Source: Octopus vulgaris
Taxonomy: Eukaryota
Length of the DNA: 64,000 nt
Direction: 5' to 3'
Assembly (NCBI GenBank): GCA_951406725.2
Contig: OX597822.1
Location: 44,330,001 to 44,394,000 of the forward strand
A program made the position numbers and the translations under genes. Below are positions 28,697 through 44,544 of the stretch, one piece after another; positions within the stretch are counted from its first letter, which is position 1; each line of letters starts with the position of its first letter. Below the pieces are notes generated by a model that had not been told where the DNA came from, did no database searches, and saw only the letters and a program-made list of their open reading frames with translations.

Positions 28697-28860
28697 AGGC
28701 GGCGCGATAGCAGAAACGTTAACGTGTCGAGCAAAATTCTTAGTGATATTTCTTCTGGTTATATATATTCAGAGTTCAAATCCTGCAGAGGTCAACTTGT
28801 CCTTTCATCCTTTCACGGATGTGTAAATATAGTAATAGACATAGAGTAATCGATCTAACT
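28697..28860 (+). mobile_element. SINE family A, diverged
   Basis: AAGGCGGCG..GCAGAAACGTTA..GAGTTCAAATCC..CCTTTCATCCTTTC. Confidence 0.65.
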
Positions 28861-29716
28861 GAAAATTACCCATCCTTCAGAATGCTACGCTTCAAGTTTG
28901 TAACGAACCATTGTCGCATTGAGAGGAATGTTGTGATCTAGGCGCACTGCCCTTATGCGAGATGGAAACCGTATATTGGGCTTAGCTATCGAAGGTCTCT
29001 AAAAAAGAAGACAAGAGGTTACAATACAAAATTAAATGATATAATGGAGACAATTTAAGCGGCGAATGAACAAGTAAGACGGAACAGAATCATTCCAACA
29101 CATCAAAAATTAGGTTAATTTGAAGGACGGTATTAAAAGTTATAGCTACACCGAGAAGACATTGTGCATAAGTGTATACGGTACCAACAGTAAATACAGG
29201 AATTACAGCCGACTATGATATATAAAGATACATACATACATACATACATACATACATACATACATACAAACATACATACATACATACAAACATACATACA
29301 TGTATACATATATATATTTGGAAAAATGGTCAAGGTAGAAAATGCTAAAATGATTTTATAAAAATCATTTCAGTACCGGTTTCACTCATTGAAACTTTTT
29401 CAACTATAAGTATGGAAAACACTTAAGTTTTGGAAAAATTATAAGAAAAGTTTTTTAAGAGAACATTTGCATTGTGTTCAAATACAAGTGACATTTCCTT
29501 TGTTTCTGCCTGTTTCTGTCTCTCTTGTTTACTCTTTTGGGTTCGAGGTCGTTGTGAATTCTTAATACATATATGTATATATATATGTACAGAAGTTAGA
29601 GTGACTGAACGGCCGAGAGTTTCGTGTATAAATACCTAGCAAAGTACCAAAGCACGAACCACTAGTCACTTGAGTCACTTAGTAACTTCACCCATTATGT
29701 ATATATATATATATAT

Positions 29717-29761
<45 letters not shown>

Positions 29762-30432
29762 ACATACATACACGAATGTATATATTATGTGTGCGTATAT
29801 ATATAAGTGCATATGGATATATGTTTGTGTACATATATATACGGACACATAGACATGTGTATGTATGTATGTATGTTTGTATGAGTGTACGCATGTATGC
29901 ATGTTTGTGTGTGCGAGTGTGTGCATGCACGTATGTATGTATGTATGTATGTATGTATGTATGTATGTATGCATGCATGCATGCATGTATGTATGTAGGT
30001 ATGTATGTATGTATGTATAAACAGTTGCATCTTCCTGCATTCTGCTTTGTGATATTTACCTTCCATAACCAGATTAATGTCAAGTCAGAGGGGAGAAAGA
30101 TTTTGTCTTTGATTTACTTTTGTGTTTTTTTGTTTCTTTGCTTTTATTTTTTTTCGAATATATCTTTTCGTTCAGTTAGCTTGAACCACACTTTGTGTAG
30201 TCTGCTTTGAATTCCGTCATACCGTCTTTCCCCACCATTCCCACATCAATCTGTATGCGTGTTTGTAAATGTATATATATATATATATATACATATATAC
30301 ATATAGACGTATGTATATATATGTATATATACATATGCGTGTGAATGTTATGTGTGTGTATGCGTAGGTAAATATAAATATTGGAGGTTAGGTATTAACA
30401 AGCATGGCCTAAATTTTTCATATTCTTGTTGA

Positions 30433-30470
<38 letters not shown>

Positions 30471-30524
30471 ATATAAAAAAATATATATACATATACATGC
30501 AGACACACACACACACACACATAC

Positions 30525-30612
<88 letters not shown>

Positions 30613-30666
30613 TTGTATATATCTATATCGCAATCGATCTATTGTTTTTATTCGTCTCTCTCACTG

Positions 30667-30713
<47 letters not shown>

Positions 30714-31721
30714 CATTTGTCCCTACGCTATTTTCATTAGGATTTTTTATGTTTGATCATTGTTGTTTCTCTGTGTAGGTGTGTCTACATCTCTCTCCTT
30801 CCCAGCACCGAGTGATTTCTCCAACGCTTCATCTCTCCACCTTTACACATCTCCATCTTCTTCTCACATCTCCAACTTTCTTTCTCACAATATATATATA
30901 GTCCAACACTTCACCTCTTTGTCGTTTTCTAGTTTTCTTAACCACTTACTCTCTTCTATCTCCCCCCTCTCTCTCTCTTTCTTTTCACTCTTAGCCAACA
31001 ATCTCACTATCTCCTCTTCGTCTTCTTTCTCTTATTATTTTTTATCTCTGGGCTTCGTTCTTTGATCACCATTCCTTGTGGCCTGTTCTATTTTAAAGGT
31101 CATATGATGCTATATCTACATCCATATTCACACATACAATTCAACAGACATAGATACGAACATAGCCACACACACACACACACAAACACACATACACATA
31201 CACGGTTATATATAAATACATATGTATACAATGATATAGACACATATGTATATATACATATGTGTGTGTGTGTATGTGTGTATAAATGCATAAAAAATAC
31301 AGATCTGCATATGCACTAACGCCAAAATACTTGCATATATACAGATATATATGCACAACTGCCAAGTTGATATTCCTGAAATTCCATAGAAACTACATTG
31401 GAACTAGGTTAGAAACCGTTTCTTTCTCCATTAACATGAAATATAGACAGAAAACTAAATAGTAAAACGCACACACCTACCTGCCAACCTACCTACCAAC
31501 TTACCTACCTACTTACCTACCTACATACCTTCCTATCTACATTCATACATGCATACATACAAACATGTATACGTACATGCATACATACGTACATGCATAC
31601 ATATATACAAATATACATGCAAAAATACCGGGACCTCAGATCTAGGTCAGAAACCAGCTCTTTCTTTATTGGCAAGAAATCTCGAAATAAAACTAAACAG
31701 TAACATACATACATACATACA

Positions 31722-32091
31722 TGGAATGGAAGCACTCCGTCGGTTACGACGACGAGGGTTCCGGTTGATCCGAATCAACGGAACAGCCTGCTCGTGAAAT
31801 TAACGTGTAAGTGGCTGAGCACTCCACAGACACGTGCACCCTTAACGTAGTTCTCGGGGATATTCAGCGTGACACAGAGAGTGACAAGGCCAGCCCCTTG
31901 AAATACAGGTACAACAGAAACAGGAAGTAAGAGTGAGAGAAAGTTGTGGTGAAAGAGTACAGCAGGGATCACCACCATCCCTGCCGGAGCCATCCCGCTC
32001 AATAAACACTCACAACGCCCGGTCTGGGAATCGAAACCGCGATCCTATGACCGCGAGTCCGCTGCCCTAACCACTGGGCCATTGCGCCTCC
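31722..32091 (-). mobile_element. tRNA(Arg)-derived SINE family C, tail type 2
   Basis: Same head as 4631 with a different tail ending (TTCCA)n. Confidence 0.8.
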
Positions 32092-33031
32092 ACACATACA
32101 TACACACATACATACAAACACACATACATATAGACATACGAACAAACAAACAAGCATACATGCAAACATAAAAACATACATACACAATACATACAAACAT
32201 GCATATATATGTACAAACAAAAATACATACATACATGCAAACATATATATATGCATACATATATGCATACATACATAAAGGAGAATAAAGGAGAATCTGA
32301 ATTAACTGGCTAATTCGTACAAGTGCAAACTGTGAGTGGAACAGTAAAAATATGCAAGACTTTTCTCAAGTTCCGAAAGTGAATTTGCCTGTGTTAACTA
32401 CATCTGAAAGATGGAGCTTTGTCTCTTTGTTGGAAACCTGCTCCTTCTTCAGTGAAAGATTTATAATAATTAAAAGATAGAAGATACAGAGATACATCCA
32501 TCCATACATTACATACATTACATACATACATACATACATACATACATGCATTAATATATTCATACATGCATGCATACATGCATACATACATACTTGCATA
32601 CATACATGCATACGTACATGCATACATGCATACGTACACATATACATACATACATGCCCATCGTTATCATGTGAGAGGCAGTTCATCCGTGTATTTATGT
32701 TCTGAGTTCAAAACCTGCTGAGTTCACATCTTCCTTTCACCACTTCCAGGTCGATGAATTAAAGTACCTGTGAACTGAAGTGTACATATTCGAGTTGAGC
32801 GCTCCTCAAAATTCGAAATTTCTTGCTTTGAAAGTTGCAACGGCCAGGTATCCCGTTCAAAGGAATATTGACTTCTGCCACTTCTTCGCAGTGGTAATAG
32901 TATAATAGGCATTATGAAGCCTTGGACCCAAGGAAAACACCAAAATAAGTTGCATGACTATGGCTTCTTAACAGGATCAACACTGTTACTAATAACTGTG
33001 GGTGCTTGTCTGATACCTTTATATACATATC

Positions 33032-33396
33032 ATTATTACCTCCGCCTTAGGGAAGGCAGAGGTATTGTTTCCAGTTGTGCTTGTTTGTTCTTGGACAAGA
33101 TATCTCAAGAACCGCTGGATGGATTCGGATGAAACTTTCAGGAATGTTTGGTCTCGTAACTCGCACGATCTGATTAGATTTTTGGGATCGATAAGGTACC
33201 GGACAAGGATTCTGGATTATTGATCCTGGTTTTTTATTACTTAATCTTTGAGAGCGGTCGGGTTCGATTTTAGTATTCTCGTTTGTGAGAGCAGTCGAAT
33301 TTATTTCAGATACTCACATTTTAAAATTCATCTCAAGCTAATCGCTGAGATGACGTTGACGTTGCCTTGGCGGAGGTTTGCGCCCTATGCGGGCTA

Positions 33397-33400
<4 letters not shown>
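33032..33400 (+). mobile_element. DINE-1/HINE-like non-autonomous Helentron
   Basis: SubTIRs ACCTCCGCC (33038) and GGCGGAGGT (33369), a 5' palindrome, a GTTT microsatellite, a 3' stem-loop GCCC-TATGC-GGGC and T-rich flanks. Confidence 0.7.
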
Positions 33401-33466
<66 letters not shown>

Positions 33467-33509
33467 CATTATTATCATCATCATTATTATTATCATTATT
33501 TGATTAAAT

Positions 33510-34225
33510 CAGGCAGCGAGCTGGCAGAATCGTTATCACGCCGGTTAAAATGCATAGCAACATTTCATCCGTCTTTATGTTCTAAGTTCAAATATCGCCG
33601 AGGTCAACCTTGCCTTTTATCCTTTTGGGATCGATAAATTAAATACCAGTCAAGTTACAGGGGTTATTGACGACCCCGCTCCCAGAAATTTTAGGCCTCT
33701 TGCCTATAATAGCAAGGCGAGCTGGCAGAAGCATTAGCGTGACGAGCACAATGCTTCGCGGCTTTTCGTGCGCTCATACGTTCTGAGTTCAAATTCTGCC
33801 GGGGTCTACTTTGCTTTCATCCTTTCGGGGTCGATAAAATAAGTACTAGTTACGCACTTGTGTCGATGTCATCGACTATCCCCCTCCCCCAGAATTTCAA
33901 ACCTTGTTCCTGTTGTAGTAAGGGTCATTATTTGATGGAAACTCGCTGCTTATTTTGCTGGGTATGATGGAAAGTGTCAGCAGACTAAGGTGACGTTTGA
34001 TTACTGATCATGCTTCAAGAACCTTTCCAAGAACTCTTACAGTTCCAAGTAATGATGATTTTTGTAGGAGTTCTATCTTCATATTTGTACCAATCTGCTG
34101 AGTTTGACTTCGCCTTTCATATGTTTTCAGTCGATAAAATAAGTACCAGTTAAGAACTGGGTTCGATGCGATTGACTCATCCCAACCCCCCAAACATTGC
34201 TGGCTTCGTGCCAAAGTTTGAAACC
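33510..34225 (+). mobile_element. Cluster of three SINE family A copies with an R4 3' fragment (34005-34085, minus)
   Basis: Repeated GAGCTGGCAGAA heads and GTCGATAAA..AGTAC cores; LQKSSLLGTVRVLGKVL on the minus strand. Confidence 0.7.
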
Positions 34226-34939
34226 AATATATCATAGCCATTTGGTTTAGCATTATGCATCTTGCCTACGATCTAAGAATTCTGAGAGACCGTGTAAAAC
34301 TCATTATCCAATAGTATATGAGTTGGACTGTATCAGGACGTCGTCCTTTATTCGCTTAAATGCAGCGATACCCATAACACTTAATATTTAGTGTAGACTA
34401 CATTTTTTTCAATAATTTACACCAACTCACGTCTCTATTTATTTGAAAATTACCAAGTTCTAAAGTCATTTATATTACTGCGAGGGAGATTTCTATAAGC
34501 TTTTATTTAATTTCAGTATAAGTCTAGTCTATTGTAGGAGCAAAAGTGATTCTTTCTCCAAAAGATAAAGAACTGACTGCAAGAAATATACTTATGAAGA
34601 AGTTTGAATCTATAATAATTAAAATTTTCCATCGCGGCTTTATATTGAGGAATATTGTTATTAGTTAAACGAAATTGAATATATCTTGCGACAATAGTTT
34701 AAATTACAACAATAGAAATGTTTCCTGGTATTTTTCCATCTTGAATTATTTCATATCTTTATAGAAACGTATATCTGAATCACAGATCTTGAATTAGTTC
34801 AAGAAATTTATTGCATTTTATATTTTTTGAGTGCAAATTTCATATTTGTAATAATTGTTATTTTCATTTTGTAACACATTTTAACTGCAACAGGTATAAT
34901 CATGACAAAGGTGAAATCTGTAAAAACATACGAATGTAT

Positions 34940-35752
<813 letters not shown>

Positions 35753-36240
35753 TTAGTATTCTTATTCTAGTTCTAATATTCCAATTCCGTATGTAGTTAT
35801 CATATTATTTCTTCCTCTGACTGAAGAATTTCAAATATGAGATTTATTACGTGTTTATCCTATATGTACGATTTTATGGGTCCTATTATCATATGAAATA
35901 TGTCTTATGGTGAATAGACATGGTCTCTGTACATGCACGCCCTAACCTTTCTCGACTAATTATAGCCACTATACTGGCTAGTATGTATTTACACCATACA
36001 TCCAACTTCTCCGTCTTTCCTCGTGACAATTGTATAATATTCCTCTTCTACTTGTATTCTTCGCCAAGAATTACCACCGAACATTCTCATTTGATCCTGT
36101 CATTGGTCATGACCCGGAACCATATTTTTTATTTGATCATGGATCTATCTAACGCATTCCTATATTTCTCTGATCCCTTCCCAGATTCTTGGCTAACCGG
36201 AATACACTAATATCCTCGTTTAGAGTCTTTCGCTTTTACA

Positions 36241-36331
36241 TCTCTCTGATGACAGCATACTCAGCCCTAGGGAATCCTTAATCCATATGATGATCCACGC
36301 ACCTCATTATCTTAGAAACAGTTGTAAGAGA
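36241..36331 (+). ncRNA. Type I hammerhead motif
   Basis: TCTCT-CTGATGA-(~60 nt)-GAAA-CAGTTG-TA-AGAGA. Stem I is perfect; stem II is decayed. Confidence 0.6.
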
Positions 36332-36418
36332 CTCTGTATATCTATATTCTATATCGAAACGCTTTGCTTATTCATTTTCCCTTTAATCTTTATCAATATG
36401 CATATATATGTATATGTA

Positions 36419-36753
36419 CAGGGTGATTCAAAACTCTCCATACATAGGAAACATTTATTTTTTTATCAGAAACAGTTCCTAGATCCTCTGATCTAATTTC
36501 TTTTGATTTCTATCTTGGGGGGCATAAATCACTTGATATAAGTGATTTGAAGGAACGCATCACCAACTCGTTTGCACAAGTATCACCAGATGTGCTACTA
36601 CATGTTCACAACGTATGGGGTAAGCGTATTACAATGTGTATTCAAAACAAGGGTAACCATATAGAGCTTCTTAAATAAAAAATAAACTGTTCTTATAAAT
36701 TGATTCTAATAAGAAATAAATTGTTCCTATGTATGGCGACTTTTGAATCACCT

Positions 36754-36755
<2 letters not shown>
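36419..36755 (+). mobile_element. Internally deleted Tc1/mariner element
   Basis: ~40-bp TIRs CAGGGTGATTCAAAA..CCATACATAGGAA and TA flanks. The interior encodes a transposase C-terminus (PRS.DLISFDF, LKERITNSF..RITMCIQNKGNHIE). Confidence 0.8.
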
Positions 36756-36804
<49 letters not shown>

Positions 36805-36851
36805 ATGTAATATATCATTTTGCTTTATCTATATATTTACATATATATATA

Positions 36852-36916
<65 letters not shown>

Positions 36917-37072
36917 CATATATATATAGAGAGAGAGTTAGCGGTTGTAATAACCGACCAAATGATAAAAATCCGTATGTACTATCGGTATCCGTTACCC
37001 GGGCTTGGTATGCAGGCACACTATGCTCGTAGACTGCAGGTGAGAAGCGTTTATCAGGAAACAAATACAAAT

Positions 37073-37717
37073 AATCAGAAAATGGAAAAAGCCTAAGATT
37101 AACAAACACATCGATTGGACCACATTTATAGCTTATTTTTTTTAATACAAAGTATGACATAACAAATGGGTGACGTAAGAATTCTTACGGCCGTTTCCGC
37201 ATCCGCTCCCAAGCACTACTTATCAATAATTGCAAAAATAGAATTCTCCATCTTCATAGGACATTCGGATTAAGGCACGGAGCGTCATCAGAGTAAAGAA
37301 CACGACCATCCAATATAAACAAAGGGAAGGATGGATAGGAAAGAAGACATGGCCTAGAAACGGACCTACGGACCTCGTAGCCCCCAAAATAGTGGATTAT
37401 TTCCTTTTAATATATTGGCTTATAGGCTTCGTTTCTAGGCCACGTTTTCTTTCCTATTTCTTCTTCGCTTTGTTTGTATTGGATGGTCTTGTTCTTTACT
37501 CTAATGAAGTTCCGTGCCTTAATCCTAATGTCCTATGAAGAGGAAGAATTTTATTTTCGCAGTTATTTATAGGCGAGGCTTGGAAACAGATGCGGAAACG
37601 GCCGTAAGACTTGTTACGTCACCTATTTGTTATGTCATGCTTTGTATATTTAAAAAATAAGCTATAAATGTGGTCCAATTGATGCGTTTGTTAATCCGAG
37701 CTTTTCTCCATTTTCTG

Positions 37718-37720
<3 letters not shown>
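37073..37720. repeat. ~295-bp inverted repeat pair, each arm with a hammerhead motif
   Basis: 37073-37368 is the diverged reverse complement of 37423-37720. CTGATGA-CGC..GCG-GAAA-CGGCCG-TA on minus 37183-37294; CTAATGA variant on plus 37499-37609. Confidence 0.85.
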
Positions 37721-37799
<79 letters not shown>

Positions 37800-38039
37800 C
37801 ACACACACATACATATATATATGTGATTTTGCTTTGAGGCTTATTGAAGCTCTTCTTAAGAGATTGCAAAATTTTGTTAACAAAGTGATAAGATTTTGAA
37901 TTAAGGGAGTTCCTGGTGTTTGTAAATATATGGTTGTTCCGGTGTATTTATTCAAAATTCGATACATACACACATGTACATATGTACCATCAAGTCTGTG
38001 GTTATCTGCATTACTCTCTCTATCTTTCCTTCATTACCT

Positions 38040-38080
<41 letters not shown>

Positions 38081-38365
38081 AGATTCAGATGAATATGGTA
38101 CTTAAGTTGATGTAACTTCTAAACTGGAGTGAGACACCATGTTCTTTGTCTATCTCCTTAACTTCATGGATATTTTAAGTATATTTATACTAATGTGTCC
38201 ATCTGTTCTGACTTAATTAAATTCTATGTCTTTGTGCAGCTGAAGTTTCCTCTGCATTTTAAATTGATGTAATGATTGCATTGTTCAATTCAATGGAGTT
38301 GCATGAAACGATCGTACTGCATTACCGCTGGATATCCTTGTTGCTTATTTTGATATATATATGTC

Positions 38366-38430
<65 letters not shown>

Positions 38431-38677
38431 TCAAACACAACTGAAGTGAGCAGTAAGAAGTCATTTGGTAGATGAAAATATAGTTTATTTGTGGATTAAC
38501 CACGCAGAGAATAGTTTCAAGCAGGAAATTCCCCAATTTTCAAGCGGACTGCATTAGATTTTAAATAATCCACCTCAATATTGATTGCGACTCTTTCAAT
38601 TTTCCGCATGAAACCTTTGGTCGCAACGTTAATCCACGACTATAGTCTATACACCCACACATACACACATATGTGTG

Positions 38678-38708
<31 letters not shown>

Positions 38709-38710
38709 AC

Positions 38711-38764
<54 letters not shown>

Positions 38765-39532
38765 AATATATATCTATACACACACGCGCAAACAAAGGCG
38801 CGTTTTGATCGATACATGTGGATTTGGAACGGTGACCGATTCGGAAAAGAATCAATATGGAGAAGAAAGTTTTATTACGTAGGGTGTCTATGATTATACG
38901 ATGCATCACCCTATAACTTCTGTAGATTATTTTTATCTACAGAAAGAATTTCTTTGTAATGTTGATATCAACGGGTGTAAGAAAATTCTCACCTTTCCCG
39001 TGTACTTTCTGTAACGTAGAAAACATCACTAATCTTTTACTTGAAACTTTAAAAGAAGAATGTTGATTTTGTTTCGCTCAATTCTTGTAATGATCTCTAT
39101 TTCAATATGGTGCCCTCTGTTAAGCGGATGTATTCCTCAGACCTGTCTGTTTTCCTTGTGCATATGTATATATATTTATATATATAGTATATTTTAAGTA
39201 ATACATATGTGTATGTGTGTGCATCTGTGTGTTTGTGTCTATGTACATATATGTATGTATGTATACATACGTATATATATATATATATGTGTATATATGT
39301 GTGTGTATGTGTGCGTGTGCGTTTATAGATGTATGCATATGTTTGTGTATGTGTGTCATAACGTATAATGTACGACATAGATGGTATACATGGTACAAAT
39401 ATGCAACTGTCACACATACGTATAGGTACAGGTACATAGCAGCTGATTATATTAAACGAATAATAATAATAATAATAACAATAATAATAATAATAATAAT
39501 TATTATAATAATTATAATTATTCTTATTATTC

Positions 39533-39835
<303 letters not shown>

Positions 39836-39923
39836 TGAATATTTTTTTATCATGCCTAATGCACCTACTATGATAGGAATTGTTTTTGTTCTTAGATTCC
39901 ACTATTATTATTATCATCATTAA

Positions 39924-39990
<67 letters not shown>

Positions 39991-40854
39991 CGCCGAAGAA
40001 TAGCATATTGTGTGAACATTGCTACGTAAAAGTTCCTTTTTTTTCTGTAAACAAACATAAAATTGCAAAAGAAAATCTGTGTTTATTTTGCACCAGACCA
40101 AAACACAATGGATATGACCGTTTTCTAGTTTTGCACGTATCATGAAATTCTCGGCTGTACGTTTTCCAGCTTCCTAAATCTTTTTCAATATAACCCCTAA
40201 CCAATACCTCGTTAAGTTTTATTCTACAATATTTGCTTTTATTCCAATAACATTCATCACAACTGAAGCGAACATTCTAGGGCTTTCGTTATGCATACAA
40301 CTGCATTTTTAAAAAAAAGATCGTTGCCAAAACTCCTCTTGCTCTAAACTTTTGTGTCTATTTTTATTCTTACGATTCCAGTTTATTCTTCCCATTCTTG
40401 TTATATCATTTCTCAAATATTTCTATTACGTTAAGTTTCTCCATTTCTTTTACAGATAAATTATTCTCTGGTGGAAGGAACTGATACAAGAATTAGGTAA
40501 CATTTCTTACAATGCTTTTTCCTAACAAAAAAACTATCTTTAATTGTTTGCGTTTTTTTTCATTTATCTCCTTGTTTGTAGGAATAGAAATTTTCCAGTT
40601 TTTTTTTTCTGTGGGCGGTTTGTAATGCAGTCAGTCATAACTTTCATCCTGTGAAATATCTAACATATCATGCCTGTAGCTGAATAATTGGTTAAGAATC
40701 GGCTTCAACGACAAATTGGCTTGTTTATTTGCAGCATCCGTATTCTTTACAGTCATATTCTGTATCATGATTCGCTTTATGTTTTCAGAGCACGTCGGAT
40801 AAAATGCTTAGCGGCATTTTCTTTCGGCATTTTTACATTCTGATTTGAAATTCC

Positions 40855-41400
40855 GATGACAACAATAATGTTGATGACGATAATGATTGTGGAAAATGTA
40901 ATGACGTTGATGAAACCGACGATGATGATAACGACGACGATCATGATGATGATAATGGTGGTGATGATGATGATGATGATGACGATGACGATGATGACGA
41001 TGATGATGATGACGATAACGGCGACAATGATGATGACGATAACGACGACGACGATGATGATGATGATGATGATGATGATAATGATGACGACGTCGACGAT
41101 GATGAAGTTGATAATGACTATAAGAACAATGACGATGCTGATGAAAAGGATGACGATGATGATGAGGACGATGACGATGATGAAGAGGAGGGTGACGCTA
41201 ATGATAATGACAACAGTGTGGACGATGATGAAAATGACGATGATGATGATGATGATGACGACAACGATGACGTTGACGACAAAGATGATGATGGCAGTGA
41301 TGATAACGATAGTAATGATAATGATGAGGAAGATAGTGACGACGACAACGACGATGACTATGATCATGAAGGGGGGGGATGTCGGCGATGAACACGATGA
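40855..41400. repeat. Degenerate (GAT/GAC)n trinucleotide array
   Basis: ~540 bp of in-phase GAT variants. Confidence 0.9.
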
Positions 41401-41644
41401 TTAGTGATGGTGGTAATGATCGCTCCTACGATGACCATACTGACCGCGATAAGAATTACTGAACAATTACTCGCCACCGATTCGCGCCGTTTCTTTTTCC
41501 TTGCATTCCTTCTCTTGTGGCTATCGCTTCTCCTCTCCTCTTCGCTCTACTTCTTCTTCTCCTCATTTCTCTCCCTTCCCCTTTTTCATTTTCTTCTTTC
41601 TCGTTCTTCTAATTCTTCAAAACAAAATGCTAGAAATTATCATA

Positions 41645-41701
<57 letters not shown>

Positions 41702-41765
41702 TGTATGTATGTATATATGTGTGTGTATATATATATATTTATATGTATATATAAATGTTATATTC

Positions 41766-41814
<49 letters not shown>

Positions 41815-41966
41815 GCCAATGTGAAATCCATTGGATAAATATCTCCCTCTCACTGCCTCCCTCTAACCCCACACTCTCACTTACTCTCATACGCAAACTA
41901 GTTCACAAACACATACATACACTCGTACTCACACATACGTACTAATACACATATTCACACACATAA

Positions 41967-41997
<31 letters not shown>

Positions 41998-42248
41998 TTC
42001 TCTAATAACATTAATTCCTAACACAAAATGGCCGACAGTTTGAAGATTTGTTTCATTCTCATAGTAATTGTTGCTGCTGTTATTGTTTCTTGTTTGCCTC
42101 TTCTTTTTGTTTTTTCTTTTATTTAGCTTCATTTTGTGTTGTCGCCAACATTGCAGCCGCAGCCATCGTCGCTGTTGTTGTTGCTGTTCTTACATTTGTT
42201 GTTTTATCGCCATTGTTATTTTATCATTACTATTATTATTATTATTAC

Positions 42249-42300
<52 letters not shown>

Positions 42301-42303
42301 TTA

Positions 42304-42358
<55 letters not shown>

Positions 42359-42957
42359 TATTATTATTATTATTTCTTCGTTCTCATTTTGTATTTTGCC
42401 GTTTGTGGTTATCTTTGTCGGCCATATTACTAATTTTCTTTCGTTTTATTTTATTTTATTTTAGTTTATTTCTCTTTAATCTCTTCTTCAATTTCTCTTT
42501 GTTTTATAACAATAAAACGAAAACAAGCGAACAATAAACCACAAAAAAAACAAAAAAAAAATATAAACAACAAAAAACGGAACCAACAGCAACTAACTAC
42601 AAACGATGATAAAACATGTAAAATGAAATAGAAACGTAATGCTTATACATTTTGTTTCGTTTCGTTTTAGTTATTTGATGTTCTATTTTTGTATTTTCCT
42701 CGTTTGGTTTTCGCTCTCGTTTCGATTCCTATTTAGACATTTATAAATATTCATTGAATTGCTGAACGCATTTAAGACGTGTTTTAATCTATCGTTTCAG
42801 AGAAAACTGCTATAATAAAAGACCAATATGCATGGATATGTATGTGTGTGTATGTCTGTGTGTACGTATTGTTATATATATATATATATATATATTTATA
42901 TTTATTATTATATTTAGATATATGAATATAAATGCATATTATAAAGATGTATATACA

Positions 42958-43038
<81 letters not shown>

Positions 43039-43502
43039 GCAGACATACACATCATATACGTATATATGTGTATGTGTGTGTGTGTGTGTGCATGGCTGTA
43101 TGTATGCATGTATATTAATAATATTATATAATATGTGTAGTGGCATGTTTATCATTTTGTAAATTCAGAATTTTGTGAGTATATTTAAGATGAATTATTG
43201 TACGATAGCATCTGTGTGCGAGAGAGTTAGTGTGTTTGTCTGCGTGTGGTTAACTCTGTAGATGTGAGACCGTACATGTGTATTTGCTAGCGATTGGAAG
43301 AGATGAGGAACTGGAGATGAAGGGGTATTGAAGATGAAGCGGGAAGATGAAGAGAATAGGGAGAGATGTCAATGTTGTGAATGTAAGTAGAAGTAAACTG
43401 GAAGAGGACAGCGTGAGCTTGCGATGGATAGCCATGTAGAATACTATGGTAATATGACAGAGTCGGTGTACATACACACACAACACACACACACACACAC
43501 AA

Positions 43503-43555
<53 letters not shown>

Positions 43556-43993
43556 CATACACACTTATACATGTGTGTTTCTCTGTGAGTGTGTGTATGC
43601 GTGTTTGTATGATAGACATAGATATAGATGTAGATATGGATATGGCATATACATATGTATATATATATATATGCATATAAATGTATATATATGTATAAGT
43701 ATATATATATATTTATATGGAAGAAGAAAATGCAAGAAAAATCACAGGAAGAAGTTGGTCGTTCCTGTTATTTTTCCTCCATTTTCTTCTTGTATATAAT
43801 GTATATATGTAACCCTATTTCCATTTTCTTCGTGCATATAATTTAAACTACGGTTTAACCTCTGAATTGCCTGCTACCGTATGCCATTTACCAAGGACTG
43901 TACCTACGCAGGTAATTACCAGGTGTGCCTTTGGATTCAACCATCTTTTGGAGGTTTTAAACACCTCTAATTTATACCTACATAACTTATATT

Positions 43994-44025
<32 letters not shown>

Positions 44026-44109
44026 TGTATGTATGTATGTATGTATGTATGTATGTATATATGCATGTATATGTAAATGTATATATATTCTCATATTTAT
44101 TAATAGATA

Positions 44110-44318
44110 TCTTTACTTGTTTCAGTCATTTGACTGAAGCCATGCTTGAGTACTGCCTTTAGTCGAACAAATTGACCCAGGGCTTATTCTTTGTAAGCCT
44201 AGTAATTATTCCCTCGGTCTGTTTTGCCGAACCGCTAAGTTTCGGGGACGTAAACACACCAACATCGGTCGTTAAGTGATGTTTGGGGGTGGGAGACAAA
44301 CACAGACGCACAAACACA

Positions 44319-44389
<71 letters not shown>

Positions 44390-44544
44390 GTATACATATA
44401 TACGACGGGCTTCTTTCAGTTTCCGTCTACCAGATCCACTCACAAGGCATTGGTCGGGCCGAGGCTATAGTGAAATACACTTGCCCAACGTACCACGCAG
44501 TGGGACTGAACCCGGAACCAATGTGGTTGGGAAGCAAGCTACTT
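44110..44544 (-). mobile_element. SINE family B (head continues at 46893-46925)
   Basis: Matches 10945-11350 and is interrupted at CAAGCTACTT. Confidence 0.8.

Noticed and set aside
29370-29405. GAAACCGGTA half-motif on the minus strand
   Set aside because: Core and stem II are too decayed to support a call.
29592-29690. Hairpin-rich segment with CACGAAAC..GTTC on the minus strand
   Set aside because: The junction does not match a hammerhead core and there is only one copy in the window.
38491-38637. GTGGATTAAC/GTTAATCCAC-bounded structured region with GAAACC..GGTC
   Set aside because: No recognisable CUGANGA core on either strand, so it cannot be called a ribozyme.
40855-41400. ~180-codon poly-Asp or poly-Met open frames
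   Set aside because: Trinucleotide slippage preserves frame by itself; no supported start or splice sites. A similar tract lies at 54200-54450.
43848-43985. Unique open stretch that could be a coding exon
   Set aside because: No recognisable domain and no convincing splice-site pair.
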